Source: Spirochaetia bacterium
GTDB taxonomy: Bacteria > Spirochaetota > Spirochaetia > UBA9216
DNA: 64,000 bases
Reading direction: 5' to 3'
Assembly: GCA_963675665.1 (NCBI GenBank)
Contig: OY776510.1
Span: 2,368,001-2,432,000, forward strand
Within the stretch, counting starts at the first letter, position 1, and each line of letters begins with the position of its first letter. The notes under the pieces were generated by a model. It worked only from the letters and a program-made list of their open reading frames with translations, was not told where the DNA came from and made no database searches. A program made the position numbers and the translations under genes. Positions 28,754 to 39,238 of the stretch are shown in pieces.

Positions 28754-29758
28754 TTATTTTCGCGGAGGAGCTGTGCTTTCCCTGATAATTAATTCACAAT
28801 GAGGTATTGTCACCGAATCACATTCTTCTCCGTTTAGAATCCGTTTTAACAGCTCAATTCCCATTTTCCCGATTGTCTGTATGTTGACTCTTACTGTAGT
28901 AAGGGCCGGAATAAGGAATCTGGAAACATTAATATCATCGATACCTATTACCGATATATCATTCGGGACATTGATTCCTTTTGAATGCAAATATTTAATT
29001 GCATGTATCGCATATGAATCGGTTGTACAAAACAAAGCCGTAGGATATTTCTCACCGGATAATGCGTGATCAATACATTTATAGAGTGAGTCCTCATTAT
29101 GAACGCTGATCTGAATCCGGTTCATACTCAATGTTAGCCCGAATTCAGTAGTGGCATTCTGGAAGCCGGAAAATGTAAGCACATCGAATTCATTTTGCTG
29201 TTCATTTCCGATATAGGCGATATCGCTATGGCCGATATCTATAAGATATTTTGTTGCAGTATATGCCGCCTCCGTATAATCAACATGCACGGCATTCTTT
29301 GTTACTTCCTTGCGGCTGCAGTCGAGAACAAGCATGGGGACTTCAAGCTTTTTCAACTCCGGGAGAATCTCCTTGTCGACATCTCCGTAAGTTATTATTA
29401 CGTCCAAATCCGGGGAGCGCAAGATGTCTGAAAAGATTAATTTATCGTCTTTATAATGTGTGGATGCAATAATGAAATTATACGGAAGCTGTTCGCATTC
29501 CTGAATAATATTAGTATTGAGTTCGGTGTAGAACTGACGGTCCAGCGCCGAGATATTATTTCTGAAGAGTATGGCAATGTTGGAACGGGTATTATTTGCC
29601 TTTGACAAAGGATACAGGTATCCGGTATCTTCAATCACTTTCAATATCCTTTTTCGGGTTTCTTCACTAATTCCCGGGCGATTATTGATAGCAAATGATA
29701 CTGCCGCTTTTGAGACATTGGCCAGTTTTGCTATATCGTTAATTGTTACATTAGCCAT
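28754..29758 (-). CDS. LacI family regulator
   Basis: 'VTINDIAKLANVSKAAVS', 'VPNDISVIGIDD', 'PALTTV', 'LIIREST'. Confidence 0.95.
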   Translation of the reverse strand: MANVTINDIAKLANVSKAAVSFAINNRPGISEETRKRILKVIEDTGYLYPLSKANNTRSNIAILFRNNISALDRQFYTELNTNIIQECEQLPYNFIIASTHYKDDKLIFSDILRSPDLDVIITYGDVDKEILPELKKLEVPMLVLDCSRKEVTKNAVHVDYTEAAYTATKYLIDIGHSDIAYIGNEQQNEFDVLTFSGFQNATTEFGLTLSMNRIQISVHNEDSLYKCIDHALSGEKYPTALFCTTDSYAIHAIKYLHSKGINVPNDISVIGIDDINVSRFLIPALTTVRVNIQTIGKMGIELLKRILNGEECDSVTIPHCELIIRESTAPPRK

Positions 29759-30034
29759 TCTTTTAACATCCTTTAATTCAAAACTGATATAATCATACTA
29801 CATAAAACTAAACTTGTTAAGTAGATAATGTATTATTTAGTATATTCTTTAATATTAAATCTGTTATTTTGCTTATATCTCCTATAAAGTGTTTATGATA
29901 TAAGGAAATATTAATAATTATTTTTTTTCTTTACAAAAATCAATTATAATCATATACTAAACCATACATTAAACAACTTAACAGATAAGTTTGTTAATGT
30001 AAAACAATATTTTTTACTGTAAAGGAGTCAAAAG

Positions 30035-31105
30035 ATGAAAAGAGGTTTGAGTTTCATAATGTTGCTGGCGTTGGTGTGTAGTCTTGCTTTCAGCGGAGGA
30101 CAGCAGGAACAGGCTGATGCGGTTACGGTCGCTATAATGATGCCCACAAAAGAACAGCCGATATGGTCTGCTCAGGGAGAACTTATTAAAGAGCAGATGG
30201 AAGCGAAGGGTTATAAAACAATTCTTGAATTTGCTGAAGATATTGCTGAACTTCAGTTGTCGCAGGTGGAAAATGCAATAACAAGGGGCGCTGATTATCT
30301 GATTATGGGTTCGGTGGATTCGTATGCTGTAACAGATACGGTTCAGAAGGCCCGCGAGGCAGGTGTTGCTGTAATTGCCTCCGACCGGCTTATTATGAAT
30401 ACTGAGGCTGTTGATTATTATGTTACTTTCGATCTCTTCAGGCTGGGTGAACTACAGGGCGAATATATTGTAAGCGCTCTCGGTCTGGATAAGGGCGAAA
30501 AAGGGCCCTTCAATCTGGAAATCTTTTCCGGCAGCCCGGATGATCCGAACAGTATTCCTTTTTATGAAGGAGCAATGAGCAAACTTCAGCCTTTCCTTGA
30601 TAAGGGATCTCTGATTGTAAAAAGCGGCCAGACAGGTCTGGATGTTACCGGAACCTTGAAATGGGACGGCTCCAAGGCTCAGTCCCGGCTGGATAATATA
30701 ATAGGTGCATACTACACGGATTCAAAGATCGATGCTGTGCTGGCGGCTGCTGATTGTCTTGCTATGGGTGTCATTTCTTCGTTATCATCATTTGGTTACG
30801 GTAAAAGTGACGATTTGCCGTTTCCGGTTGTTGTAGGGCAGGATTGTGAAATACCGGCTATCAAATCCATAATCGCAGGAGAGCAGTCGATGTCTGTTTT
30901 TCTGGACCAGTTTGTTCTTTCAGAGAAGATGGCAAACCTGGTTGCAGCTCTCGAAGCCGGCGAACCGGTTGTTCCTGATACAAAATATAACAATAATGTT
31001 TTTGATGTTCCGACTCTCCTCTATGAACCAGTGCTTGTAGATATTAATAATTACGATCTTCTGATAGAGAGAGGATTCTATACAAGAGAAGATCTGGGAC
31101 TTTAA
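30035..31105 (+). CDS. chvE: ChvE-like monosaccharide ABC substrate-binding protein
   Basis: 'IMMPTK...W', 'DRLIMNT...YYVTFD', 'GPFNLEIFSGSPDDPN', 'VVGQDCE'. Confidence 0.8.
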   Translation: MKRGLSFIMLLALVCSLAFSGGQQEQADAVTVAIMMPTKEQPIWSAQGELIKEQMEAKGYKTILEFAEDIAELQLSQVENAITRGADYLIMGSVDSYAVTDTVQKAREAGVAVIASDRLIMNTEAVDYYVTFDLFRLGELQGEYIVSALGLDKGEKGPFNLEIFSGSPDDPNSIPFYEGAMSKLQPFLDKGSLIVKSGQTGLDVTGTLKWDGSKAQSRLDNIIGAYYTDSKIDAVLAAADCLAMGVISSLSSFGYGKSDDLPFPVVVGQDCEIPAIKSIIAGEQSMSVFLDQFVLSEKMANLVAALEAGEPVVPDTKYNNNVFDVPTLLYEPVLVDINNYDLLIERGFYTREDLGL

Positions 31106-31177
31106 TATTTACGGCGGGTCAGCCTGACCCTCGTCCTGATGATGAGGGTCGGCTGAATCGTGATTAAGGAGAGCGCT

Positions 31178-32698
31178 GTGAGCGAAGATATTATTCTTGA
31201 GATGCGAGAAATAACAAAAACATTTTCCGGAGTAAAAGCTCTTGAAGAAGTATTCCTGTCGGTATGTAATGGCGAGATCCATGCCCTGGTTGGTGAGAAC
31301 GGAGCCGGGAAATCAACTTTAATGAATGTTCTAAGCGGTGTTTTTGCCTATGGAAACTATACAGGAGAGATTTTTTTCAACGGAGAGCTGTGTAAGTTTA
31401 AATCAATAAAACAGAGTGAAGCCAAAGGTATAGCTATTATCCACCAGGAGTTGGCTCTGTCTCCATATTTGTCTATTGCGGAGAATATTTTTTTAGGAAA
31501 TGAGAATTCCAGATACGGCATAATGAACTGGAACACAACAACAAGAAAGACGGCGCATTTATTGCAGGAAGTTGGACTTGATGAGAACCCGGAAACAATA
31601 ATTACAAACATCGGGATAGGGAAACAGCAGCTTGTAGAAATTGCAAAGGCCTTATCCAAGGATGTTAAACTTTTAATCCTTGACGAGCCGACAGCCGCCC
31701 TGAATGAAACGGAGAGTGAAAATCTTCTGAATCTTCTTCTTAAGCTTAAAAATCGCGGTATTACAAGCATTTTAATATCTCACAAGCTTAATGAGGTTGT
31801 TAAGGTCGCTGATGCGATAACAGTTCTGAGAGATGGGAAAACAATAGAGACGCTTAGGGCCGGGGTTCATTCTATTGATGAAGACAGGATTATCAGGGGA
31901 ATGGTCGGTCGGGAATTAACAGATCGTTTTCCCGAAAGAATTTCGGAAGTCGGCTCTACCGTTTTTCAGGTAAGGAACTGGACCGCATATCATCCTCAGC
32001 ATTCGGCGAGGAAGATTGTAGATGATGTATCGATTGATATCAAGGCGGGCGAGGTGGTAGGCATTGCCGGCCTGATGGGTGCCGGAAGAACTGAATTCGC
32101 AATGAGCGTGTTTGGACGATCGTACGGACGAAATATCAGCGGGCAGGTTTTTAAGGATGGAAAAGAGATATCTGTCAAAACCGTTGCCGATGCTATTAAA
32201 AATAAAATTGCATATATTTCGGAAGATCGGAAAAAATTCGGGCTAGTACTTATCAATGATATTTCTGAAAATATAACTTTAACCAATCTTGAAAAAATAT
32301 CCAGTTTATTTGTACTGGATGAAAACAGAGAGATCCTTGCTGCTGAAAAAGCTGTTGAGATGTTTAAGATAAAATGCACCAGTATCCTGCAGAAAACCGG
32401 CCAATTAAGCGGTGGGAACCAGCAGAAAGTGGTGTTGAGCAAATGGATTTTTTCAGAGGCTGATATTCTTATTATGGATGAACCGACAAGAGGTATAGAT
32501 GTCGGGGCAAAAAATGAAGTCTATAAAATTATTAATGATCTCGCAGCACAGGGAAAATCAATACTATTAATATCCTCTGAACTGCCTGAAATTCTTGGCG
32601 TATGCGATCGGATATACGTAATGAGTGAGGGCAGGATAAAGGGGGAAATGTCCCGGCAGGAAGCAACCCAGGAAAAAATAATGAAACTGGTTGTCTGA
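31178..32698 (+). CDS. gguA: GguA/MmsA sugar ABC ATPase (two NBDs)
   Basis: [10 protein letters not shown], 'LILDEPT', 'FGRSYG', 'LSGGNQQK', '[12 protein letters not shown]'. Confidence 0.88.
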   Translation: MSEDIILEMREITKTFSGVKALEEVFLSVCNGEIHALVGENGAGKSTLMNVLSGVFAYGNYTGEIFFNGELCKFKSIKQSEAKGIAIIHQELALSPYLSIAENIFLGNENSRYGIMNWNTTTRKTAHLLQEVGLDENPETIITNIGIGKQQLVEIAKALSKDVKLLILDEPTAALNETESENLLNLLLKLKNRGITSILISHKLNEVVKVADAITVLRDGKTIETLRAGVHSIDEDRIIRGMVGRELTDRFPERISEVGSTVFQVRNWTAYHPQHSARKIVDDVSIDIKAGEVVGIAGLMGAGRTEFAMSVFGRSYGRNISGQVFKDGKEISVKTVADAIKNKIAYISEDRKKFGLVLINDISENITLTNLEKISSLFVLDENREILAAEKAVEMFKIKCTSILQKTGQLSGGNQQKVVLSKWIFSEADILIMDEPTRGIDVGAKNEVYKIINDLAAQGKSILLISSELPEILGVCDRIYVMSEGRIKGEMSRQEATQEKIMKLVV

Positions 32699-32712
32699 CC
32701 GGGGCTTGGAGG

Positions 32713-32813
32713 AATGATAAAAAGTCCTCCATGACTTTTTATCATTTTGAAGTTTAAAAAGAAGACTTTTTAAACTTCACTTCTGAAGCCAGCCTTCCAT
32801 GGCTGGAGTTTTT
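32713..32813. repeat. Triple palindrome (REP-like) between gguA and gguB
   Basis: 14-bp stem with CTCCAT loop (32713-32746), 14-bp stem with AAGA loop (32748-32779), 6-bp stem with TTCCAT loop (32789-32806) running into TGGAGTTTT. Confidence 0.8.
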
Positions 32814-32827
32814 TATAGGAGGAAAGA

Positions 32828-34075
32828 ATGAGTACGAATGCAGAAATGAAAGAAGAGAATATTACAGCCAAACCTGAAGCAGCTGTTTCTGAAAAGCCGC
32901 AGAAAAGTAATTCAGGTATGCTTAAAGTATTATTGCAGAATAATATCCGTCAATACGGAATGATAATAGCATTGATAGTAATTACTGGGCTGTTTCAGCT
33001 GCTGACGGGCGGAATATTGCTTAAGCCTCTTAATGTAACGAATATAGTGCTTCAAAATAGTTATATTCTGATACTTGCAATCGGAATGCTTCCGGTGATT
33101 TTAACCGGAGATATTGATCTTTCGGTAGGGTCCGTTGCCGCCTTTGTGGGAGCTATTACAGCCGTTTTAATGGTCAACCACGATTTTGGTTTCTGGGCTA
33201 CTTTGTTAATCGGTCTTCTGATGGGTCTTATGGTTGGTGCCTGGCAGGGATTCTGGATTGCCATCGTTAAAATTCCCGCTTTTATAGCCACTCTTTCCTC
33301 GATGCTGGTTTTTAGAGGCCTAACAATGGTTATTCTTGACGGCCGTTCAATAGGTCCTTTTTCCGACAGTTTCAGGGCGATGAGTTCAAGTTTTATTCCC
33401 GATTTTCTGTCGGGTGAATCCCTGCATATGACATCAATAATCATAGGTGTTGCCATATGTGCTGTTTTTATAATAATCGAGATTCTTAACAGGCGGGCCA
33501 AAAAAAGTTACGGTTTTGATATTCTGCCTTCCGTGTTTGTTTTAATAAAGCTTGTTCTCGTGTGCGGAGCTGTTATGGCTCTTGCTGTCGAATTTGCCTC
33601 TTATAAAGGAATACCTACTCTTCTTGTAATGCTTGGCGTTCTGTTCGTGATTTATACTTTTATTACAAGTAACACGGTAATAGGTCGCAGAGTATACGCA
33701 TTGGGTGGGAATGAGAAAGCAGCTGCTCTATCAGGGATAAATATTAAGCAGTTGAAGTTTATTATATTCTGCAATATGGGAGTTTTGTCTGCTGTTGCCG
33801 GAATGGTTTTTGCGGCAAGATTAAATGCCGGAACACCTAAAGCCGGTACCAATTTTGAGCTGGACGCAATAGCTGCATGTTTTATAGGTGGGGCTTCAAC
33901 CAAAGGCGGGATCGGTACAATTGCAGGAGCCATGATAGGCGGTCTTATAATGGGCGTTATTAATAACGGAATGTCCATCGTTGGAATAGCGATAGACTGG
34001 CAACAGGCAATTAAGGGTCTTGTTTTACTTCTTGCAGTTGCCTTTGACATCTACACAAAGAGCAAGGAAAGATAA
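32828..34075 (+). CDS. gguB: GguB/MmsB sugar ABC permease
   Basis: 'NIRQYGM', 'QNSYILILAIGM', 'IDLSVGSV', 'GRRVYALGGN', 'FELDAIAACFIGG'. Confidence 0.88.
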   Translation: MSTNAEMKEENITAKPEAAVSEKPQKSNSGMLKVLLQNNIRQYGMIIALIVITGLFQLLTGGILLKPLNVTNIVLQNSYILILAIGMLPVILTGDIDLSVGSVAAFVGAITAVLMVNHDFGFWATLLIGLLMGLMVGAWQGFWIAIVKIPAFIATLSSMLVFRGLTMVILDGRSIGPFSDSFRAMSSSFIPDFLSGESLHMTSIIIGVAICAVFIIIEILNRRAKKSYGFDILPSVFVLIKLVLVCGAVMALAVEFASYKGIPTLLVMLGVLFVIYTFITSNTVIGRRVYALGGNEKAAALSGINIKQLKFIIFCNMGVLSAVAGMVFAARLNAGTPKAGTNFELDAIAACFIGGASTKGGIGTIAGAMIGGLIMGVINNGMSIVGIAIDWQQAIKGLVLLLAVAFDIYTKSKER

Positions 34076-34130
34076 GAACTATTCTCGACAAATAGAAATC
34101 AATAGATAAATAATCCACAGGAGAAGAAAA

Positions 34131-35324
34131 ATGGCAGGCGGACCAGGTGCGTATTTAATTGGCGACGAAGAAAAAAAAGAGCTGCTGGAAGTAATAGACT
34201 CAAAGTATCTGTTCAGGTACGGTGCGGCGGATGACAGGAATTATAAACACAAGGTTGTTTCATTTGAAAAGGAATTGTCGGGTTATCTGGGGACAGAATA
34301 TACGGTTGCTACAAGCAGCGGAACAGGCGCTCTGATGTGCTGTTTGTCGGCATTGAATATCTCCGGAGGAGATGAAGTTCTTGTGCCGGGATATACGTTC
34401 ATTGCATCAATATCATCGATAATACTTTCCAATGCAACTCCGGTTCTGGTGGAAGTGGATGAATCTCTTACAATGGACCCGCGTGACATTGAAAAAAAGA
34501 TTACCAAAAAAACAAAAGCAATAATGCCGGTTCATATGCTGGGAAATCCTTGTAAAATGGATGAAATCAAATCGATTGCCGAAAAGTACAACCTGTATAT
34601 TATTGAAGATTGTTGCCAGGCTTTCGGTGCGTCTTATAAAGGGTTGAAGTGCGGAAATTACGGAGATATAGCTGCGTATTCATTGAATATATTTAAAACA
34701 ATAACCGCCGGAGACGGGGGTGCTGTTGCAACAAGCAGTTACAATTTATATGAAAGAGCTTTTGGTTTTCATGACCAGGGGCATAAACCTTCAAGGATGG
34801 GCGTTGAGGTTGGTAACAGGAATATAGTCGGTATGAATCTTCGAATGAATGAATTGACCGGGGCTGTATCATTGGCCCAGTTGAAGAAGCTGGATATGAT
34901 TTTAAAACTGCTCAGAAGGAATAAGGCCAGGTTTAAAAGAGGATTGAAAACGTCGCCGCACTATGCTTTCAGGGTTATAAATGATGAGAAAGGGGAGTGC
35001 GCCACATTATTGACATTAATATTCAAGACAAAGGAACTCGCTGAGAAAGTGGGTGGAGAACTGGGGATTAAACCGCTGTCTTATTCCGGGTGGCATGTTT
35101 ATAATAATATGGAACAGATTCTTGTTCACGAATCACTGTCAAAGAATATACTGCCGCAAACGGATGATATACTGTCCCGTTCAATTAATATAAGTGTCGG
35201 GGTTGTTGACAGCGGTTTGGGAGCGGGATTCGGTGTAAATATTAATTCCACTGATAAAGAAATCGATGAAGCTGCAAAAAGGTTGAGTTGTGTTATTCAA
35301 AATTCCGTCGGAGGAAAATCATGA
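34131..35324 (+). CDS. DegT/DnrJ/EryC1/StrS sugar aminotransferase, KdnA-like (copy 1)
   Basis: 'SSGTGAL', 'GDEVLVPGYTFIAS', 'EDCCQ', 'SLNIFKTITAGDGG' (PLP lysine), N-terminal 'LFRY'. Confidence 0.92.
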   Translation: MAGGPGAYLIGDEEKKELLEVIDSKYLFRYGAADDRNYKHKVVSFEKELSGYLGTEYTVATSSGTGALMCCLSALNISGGDEVLVPGYTFIASISSIILSNATPVLVEVDESLTMDPRDIEKKITKKTKAIMPVHMLGNPCKMDEIKSIAEKYNLYIIEDCCQAFGASYKGLKCGNYGDIAAYSLNIFKTITAGDGGAVATSSYNLYERAFGFHDQGHKPSRMGVEVGNRNIVGMNLRMNELTGAVSLAQLKKLDMILKLLRRNKARFKRGLKTSPHYAFRVINDEKGECATLLTLIFKTKELAEKVGGELGIKPLSYSGWHVYNNMEQILVHESLSKNILPQTDDILSRSINISVGVVDSGLGAGFGVNINSTDKEIDEAAKRLSCVIQNSVGGKS

Positions 35325-36457
35325 TTAATGCAGGTGTTATCGGGGCCGGGTATATTGGAAAGATACATCTTGATGCACTGAAAAGAATCAGCGGTGTGAA
35401 TATCAAGGCCGTCAGTGACATCAATCCAGAGTTTGCGCAGTCTGCGGCGGTGCATTTTGATGTTTCGGTTGCTGTACAAGATTATAAGGAAATTATTAAT
35501 GACAGTACTATTGATGTGATTCACAACTGTACTCCGAATAAATATCATTTTGATATAACTGAATCAGCCCTCGCAGCGGGAAAGCATGTAATGAGCGAGA
35601 AGCCTCTTGCCATGAATATCGTACAGGCTGAAGAGCTCTGTAATCTGGCTGAATCAAAAAAAGCCGTAACAGGTGTTAATTTTTGTTATCGATATTACCC
35701 GCTTGTTCAGGAGATGGCTGCAAGATTCAGACGGGGAGATGCGGGGGCTTTGCAGCTTGTTACAGGCACATGGTTTCAGGACTGGCTTTCAAGGGAAACT
35801 GATTATTCCTGGAGGCTTGATCGGGCGGAAGGGGGCGATTCGAATATAGCGGCAGATCTTGGCAGTCACTGGTTTGATCTTGTGCAATTTGTTACAGGGC
35901 AAAAGGTTAAAGAGGTTTTTGGAGATTTCCAGACGATCATAAAAGAAAGAAAAAAGCCAAAAATACAGGCGCTGGCTTTTCAGAAGACAGATTCTATTGA
36001 ATACGATTCGGTTGATGTTGAAGTAGAAGATTATGCTTCCATTCTTTTTCATTTTCAGAATGGAAGGCCCGGCTCGTTTACGGCAAGCCAGGTATGCAAC
36101 GGGAGAAAATCGGATACTGAATTCCAGATTTACGGATCAAAGTGTTCAATGGCCTGGAACCATAATGCCTCAGATAAAATATGGATAGGTTACAGGGACA
36201 AGGCTAACGAAGTTTTGACCGAATCACCTGTTTTGCAAATGGAGTCTACGGCTCGGTATGCTACGCTTCCTTCAGGGCATCCGGTAGGCTACTATGGCGC
36301 AGTACTGAATTTATTTAACGACTTTTATAATGCTGTTAAACAGAATTCTGTTCCCAACGAACTCGGGCGCCCGACTTTTGAAACCGGGTTTGAAGAAATG
36401 TGTATTTTGAAAGCAATACTGAAAAGTGTGAAAGAGAAGACCTGGGTTTTAGTATAG
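35321..36457 (+). CDS. Gfo/Idh/MocA oxidoreductase (copy 1)
   Basis: GAGYIG, 'CTPN..H', 'SEKP', 'DLGSHWFD'. Confidence 0.93.
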   Translation: MINAGVIGAGYIGKIHLDALKRISGVNIKAVSDINPEFAQSAAVHFDVSVAVQDYKEIINDSTIDVIHNCTPNKYHFDITESALAAGKHVMSEKPLAMNIVQAEELCNLAESKKAVTGVNFCYRYYPLVQEMAARFRRGDAGALQLVTGTWFQDWLSRETDYSWRLDRAEGGDSNIAADLGSHWFDLVQFVTGQKVKEVFGDFQTIIKERKKPKIQALAFQKTDSIEYDSVDVEVEDYASILFHFQNGRPGSFTASQVCNGRKSDTEFQIYGSKCSMAWNHNASDKIWIGYRDKANEVLTESPVLQMESTARYATLPSGHPVGYYGAVLNLFNDFYNAVKQNSVPNELGRPTFETGFEEMCILKAILKSVKEKTWVLV

Positions 36458-36485
36458 ATGTTGAGGAAGATTGCTAAAAGATTTT

Positions 36486-36518
36486 GCCCGGAAGAATAAA
36501 CATTCTCCCGGGCTTTTT
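36486..36518 (+). terminator. Intrinsic terminator
   Basis: GCCCGG...CCGGGC stem plus TTTTT between convergent genes. Confidence 0.7.
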
Positions 36519-36527
36519 GTGCCAGTC

Positions 36528-37760
36528 TTATTTTTCAGATTCCTCTGATTTCTTCCTGAGGAACCTGTAAAAGGCTCTCAAACCGGCTCCGTAGGCATCG
36601 TCTGATTCATTATAATCACAGTAGATTGTTTCGTAGTCAATCAGTAGTTCCGGAAGCAGTTCATATACAATTTTTTGTTCCAGCGATTCTTTAAAAAAGT
36701 TTCCCAGAATTGAGCTGTATCCGCTGATTAGTATCTTCTGGGGATTATATAGTTTGATCAAAGTGCAGCACGCGTTCCCGATAAAATTTCCGACTTCGTG
36801 AAGCGTATTTATTGCAAGTCTGTCTCCGCTTTCAGCCGCCTCTTTTATCAGCTCAATAGTTATGCCTGTCGCTCCTTCTTCAAGGTATTGCGACATGCTT
36901 GATATTACACCTTCTTTTAAACGATCATTAATTACTCTGATGATGCCGGTAGGGGAAATAATGGATTCAAGACAGCCGATTTTGCCGCAACTGCACCTGT
37001 ATGAGTTGTTGTTAACGGAAATGTGGCCTATCTCTCCGGCTGTGCCGTGATTCCCGATATATAATTCGCCGTTTATAAAGATGCCCGATCCGATTCCGTT
37101 GCCAAGGTAGAGCAGTACAAAATTATCAAGATCTTTTCCCTTTCCTGTGTTTTTTTCCAGGAAGGTAACTGATCGAGCCCTGTCGTCGATAAAAAATGGA
37201 AGGTGTGTAAAATTTTCAAGCATTTCAGCAATTTTTACGGGTTTAAGGATTCCGTGATGCGGACCGCTAAGCCATGTACCCCTTTTGGAATCAACCATAC
37301 CGGTTAACGCCATGCAGGCAGCCGATATGGTTTTATTCTCTGCGGTATATTCCGAGACTATTTTATTAATACAGGTTCCAATTGTTTCAACAAGATAAGC
37401 CGGAATGTCAGTCTCGGCAGGAATTTCCAAAGAGAATTTTTTGGAAAACACAAGTTTCTTTTCACAATCGGTTATTGCTATATAAAAATATTCTGCTTCA
37501 AGGGCTATTCCAAGGGTGTAAAAGACCTCGGCGGTCAGGGTGTAAATAATCGAGGGGCGGCCCGTTCCGGATTGTTGTTTCCCTTCTTTTTTTATAACTC
37601 CCATTTTCTCAAGTTCGTTAAGGAGTTCTGTAATCTTGATTATACTGAAGCCCGTAGTCTCCGACAGGGAGGCCCTTGTCGGAACGGACAGCTTAAATAT
37701 CGAATCTATTATTTTTATTTGGTCTTTTGTAAATTCCACTTCATAAGCCTCGGCCAACAT
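36528..37760 (-). CDS. ROK family transcriptional repressor (NagC/XylR-like)
   Basis: N-terminal wHTH ('GRP'), 'GNGIGSGIFINGELY.G..GTAGEIGH', 'CSCGKIGCLE'. Confidence 0.93.
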   Translation of the reverse strand: MLAEAYEVEFTKDQIKIIDSIFKLSVPTRASLSETTGFSIIKITELLNELEKMGVIKKEGKQQSGTGRPSIIYTLTAEVFYTLGIALEAEYFYIAITDCEKKLVFSKKFSLEIPAETDIPAYLVETIGTCINKIVSEYTAENKTISAACMALTGMVDSKRGTWLSGPHHGILKPVKIAEMLENFTHLPFFIDDRARSVTFLEKNTGKGKDLDNFVLLYLGNGIGSGIFINGELYIGNHGTAGEIGHISVNNNSYRCSCGKIGCLESIISPTGIIRVINDRLKEGVISSMSQYLEEGATGITIELIKEAAESGDRLAINTLHEVGNFIGNACCTLIKLYNPQKILISGYSSILGNFFKESLEQKIVYELLPELLIDYETIYCDYNESDDAYGAGLRAFYRFLRKKSEESEK

Positions 37761-37789
37761 TTATAACATGTTGCTGATAAATTGACAAC

Positions 37790-37818
37790 ATAGTTTAATA
37801 ATGAATATAACAAACTAT
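37790..37818. promoter_or_regulatory. Putative ROK operator upstream of the ROK gene
   Basis: ATAGTTT-N15-AAACTAT inverted repeat; half-sites match the 39037 site. Confidence 0.45.
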
Positions 37819-37864
37819 TCAAAATTTATGCCTATTTAAGTATAATTATAGTTTAAGTATATGT

Positions 37865-39001
37865 TTATACAGATGTCCATGCCTTTTTTTCATTACTCCT
37901 TATAATCGCGTCAAGAATTACCATTTCTTCATATCCCGTGCGGAAGTCAGGGCGACCGAGTTTATTATTTTCAGTTCCGTTTTTAACTGTATTATAGAAA
38001 TCCTTAAACAGGTTCAGTACTGCGCTGTAATAGCCAACGGGGTGACCCGTCGGGAGTGTCGCATATTTTGCAGTGGACGGATCCTGTAATAAAGGGGATT
38101 CGGTAAGGATTTCATTAGCTTTTTCCCGATGCCCAATCCATAACTTGTCCGCATATTTATGGTTCCATGCCATTGAGTACTTTGAGCCGTAAATTTGAAA
38201 TTCGGTGTCGGACTTTCTTCCGTTGCATATCTGGCTTGTAGTAAAGGAGCCCGGTTTTCCGTTTGAAAAGCGGAAAAGTATTGAAGAGTAATCATCAACT
38301 TCAATATCTACAGTCTCGTATCCTTCCGATTTAGCCTTTTCGAAAGCAAGAACCTGCTGTTTCGGCTTTTTTCTTTGTTTTATAAGCGTACGCATGTCTC
38401 CGAAGACTTCGATGATTTTTTCTCCTGTAACAAACTGTACCAAATCGAACCAATGACTGCCCAAATCTGCTGTTGTGTTGGATATTCCGCCTTCGGACTT
38501 GTCAAGCCTCCATGAATAATCAGTTTCTTTTGAAAGCCAGTCCTGAAACCATGTTCCCGTTGCAAACTGTAAATCTCCTGCATCTCCGCGCCTGAATCTT
38601 GCAGCCATTTCCTGAACGACCGGATAATACCGGTAACAGAAATTTACGCCGGTCACCGCCCGCTTTGATTCCGCAAGATTAGTAAGCTCTTCAGCTTCCT
38701 TCAGTGTCATAGCAAGAGGTTTCTCGCTTAATACATTCTTGCCTACAAGAAGAGCTTCTCTTGTTATGTCGTAATGATACTTGTTGGGGGTGCAATTGTG
38801 TATTACGTCGATATCCGGCGATTCGATTATCTCCTTGTAATCTGTTGCCGTTTTGCTGACGTCGAATTCGGCAGCAGTTGTTTCTGCAAGTTTTCTGTTT
38901 GAATCGGTTACAGCCAGAACTTTGACTCCGCTGATTCTTTTCAGGGCGTCGATATGTACTCTGCCGATATAACCTGTTCCGATAACTCCGATATTTATCA
39001 T
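37865..39001 (-). CDS. Gfo/Idh/MocA oxidoreductase (copy 2, close paralog of copy 1)
   Basis: Same motifs and long near-identical stretches with 35321..36457 (e.g. 'QEMAARFRRGDAG', 'CNGRKSDTEFQIYGSK'). Confidence 0.93.
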   Translation of the reverse strand: MINIGVIGTGYIGRVHIDALKRISGVKVLAVTDSNRKLAETTAAEFDVSKTATDYKEIIESPDIDVIHNCTPNKYHYDITREALLVGKNVLSEKPLAMTLKEAEELTNLAESKRAVTGVNFCYRYYPVVQEMAARFRRGDAGDLQFATGTWFQDWLSKETDYSWRLDKSEGGISNTTADLGSHWFDLVQFVTGEKIIEVFGDMRTLIKQRKKPKQQVLAFEKAKSEGYETVDIEVDDYSSILFRFSNGKPGSFTTSQICNGRKSDTEFQIYGSKYSMAWNHKYADKLWIGHREKANEILTESPLLQDPSTAKYATLPTGHPVGYYSAVLNLFKDFYNTVKNGTENNKLGRPDFRTGYEEMVILDAIIRSNEKKAWTSV

Positions 39002-39036
39002 AGATATGCTCCTTTCAAAATAATGCTAATGGCAAT

Positions 39037-39061
39037 TTAGTTATTTGTCAAACCAAACTAT
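39037..39061. promoter_or_regulatory. Putative ROK (XylR-type) operator in the divergent promoter region
   Basis: TTAGTTATTTGTCAAACCAAACTAT, a 25-bp imperfect palindrome resembling the Bacillus XylR operator layout (TTAGTTTG...CAAACTAA). Confidence 0.55.
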
Positions 39062-39238
39062 GCATAAAAAGTGAAAAATGGGTGTTATTTAAATATAAAA
39101 TATATTTAAATAACCCAGAAAAACAATAAAAATTGTAAAATTAAACAAAAATCATATAAAAATAATTTGACAGATGCGAATTGCGGTGATAACATCGTTT
39201 TATAGACATACGGGGATGTGCCCGATAAGGAGAATCAG

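Noticed and set aside
29790-30000. AT-rich region with TAAAC/TTAAC words as an origin or LacI operator array
   Set aside because: Most simply a divergent promoter region; I could not define a convincing palindrome or DnaA boxes.
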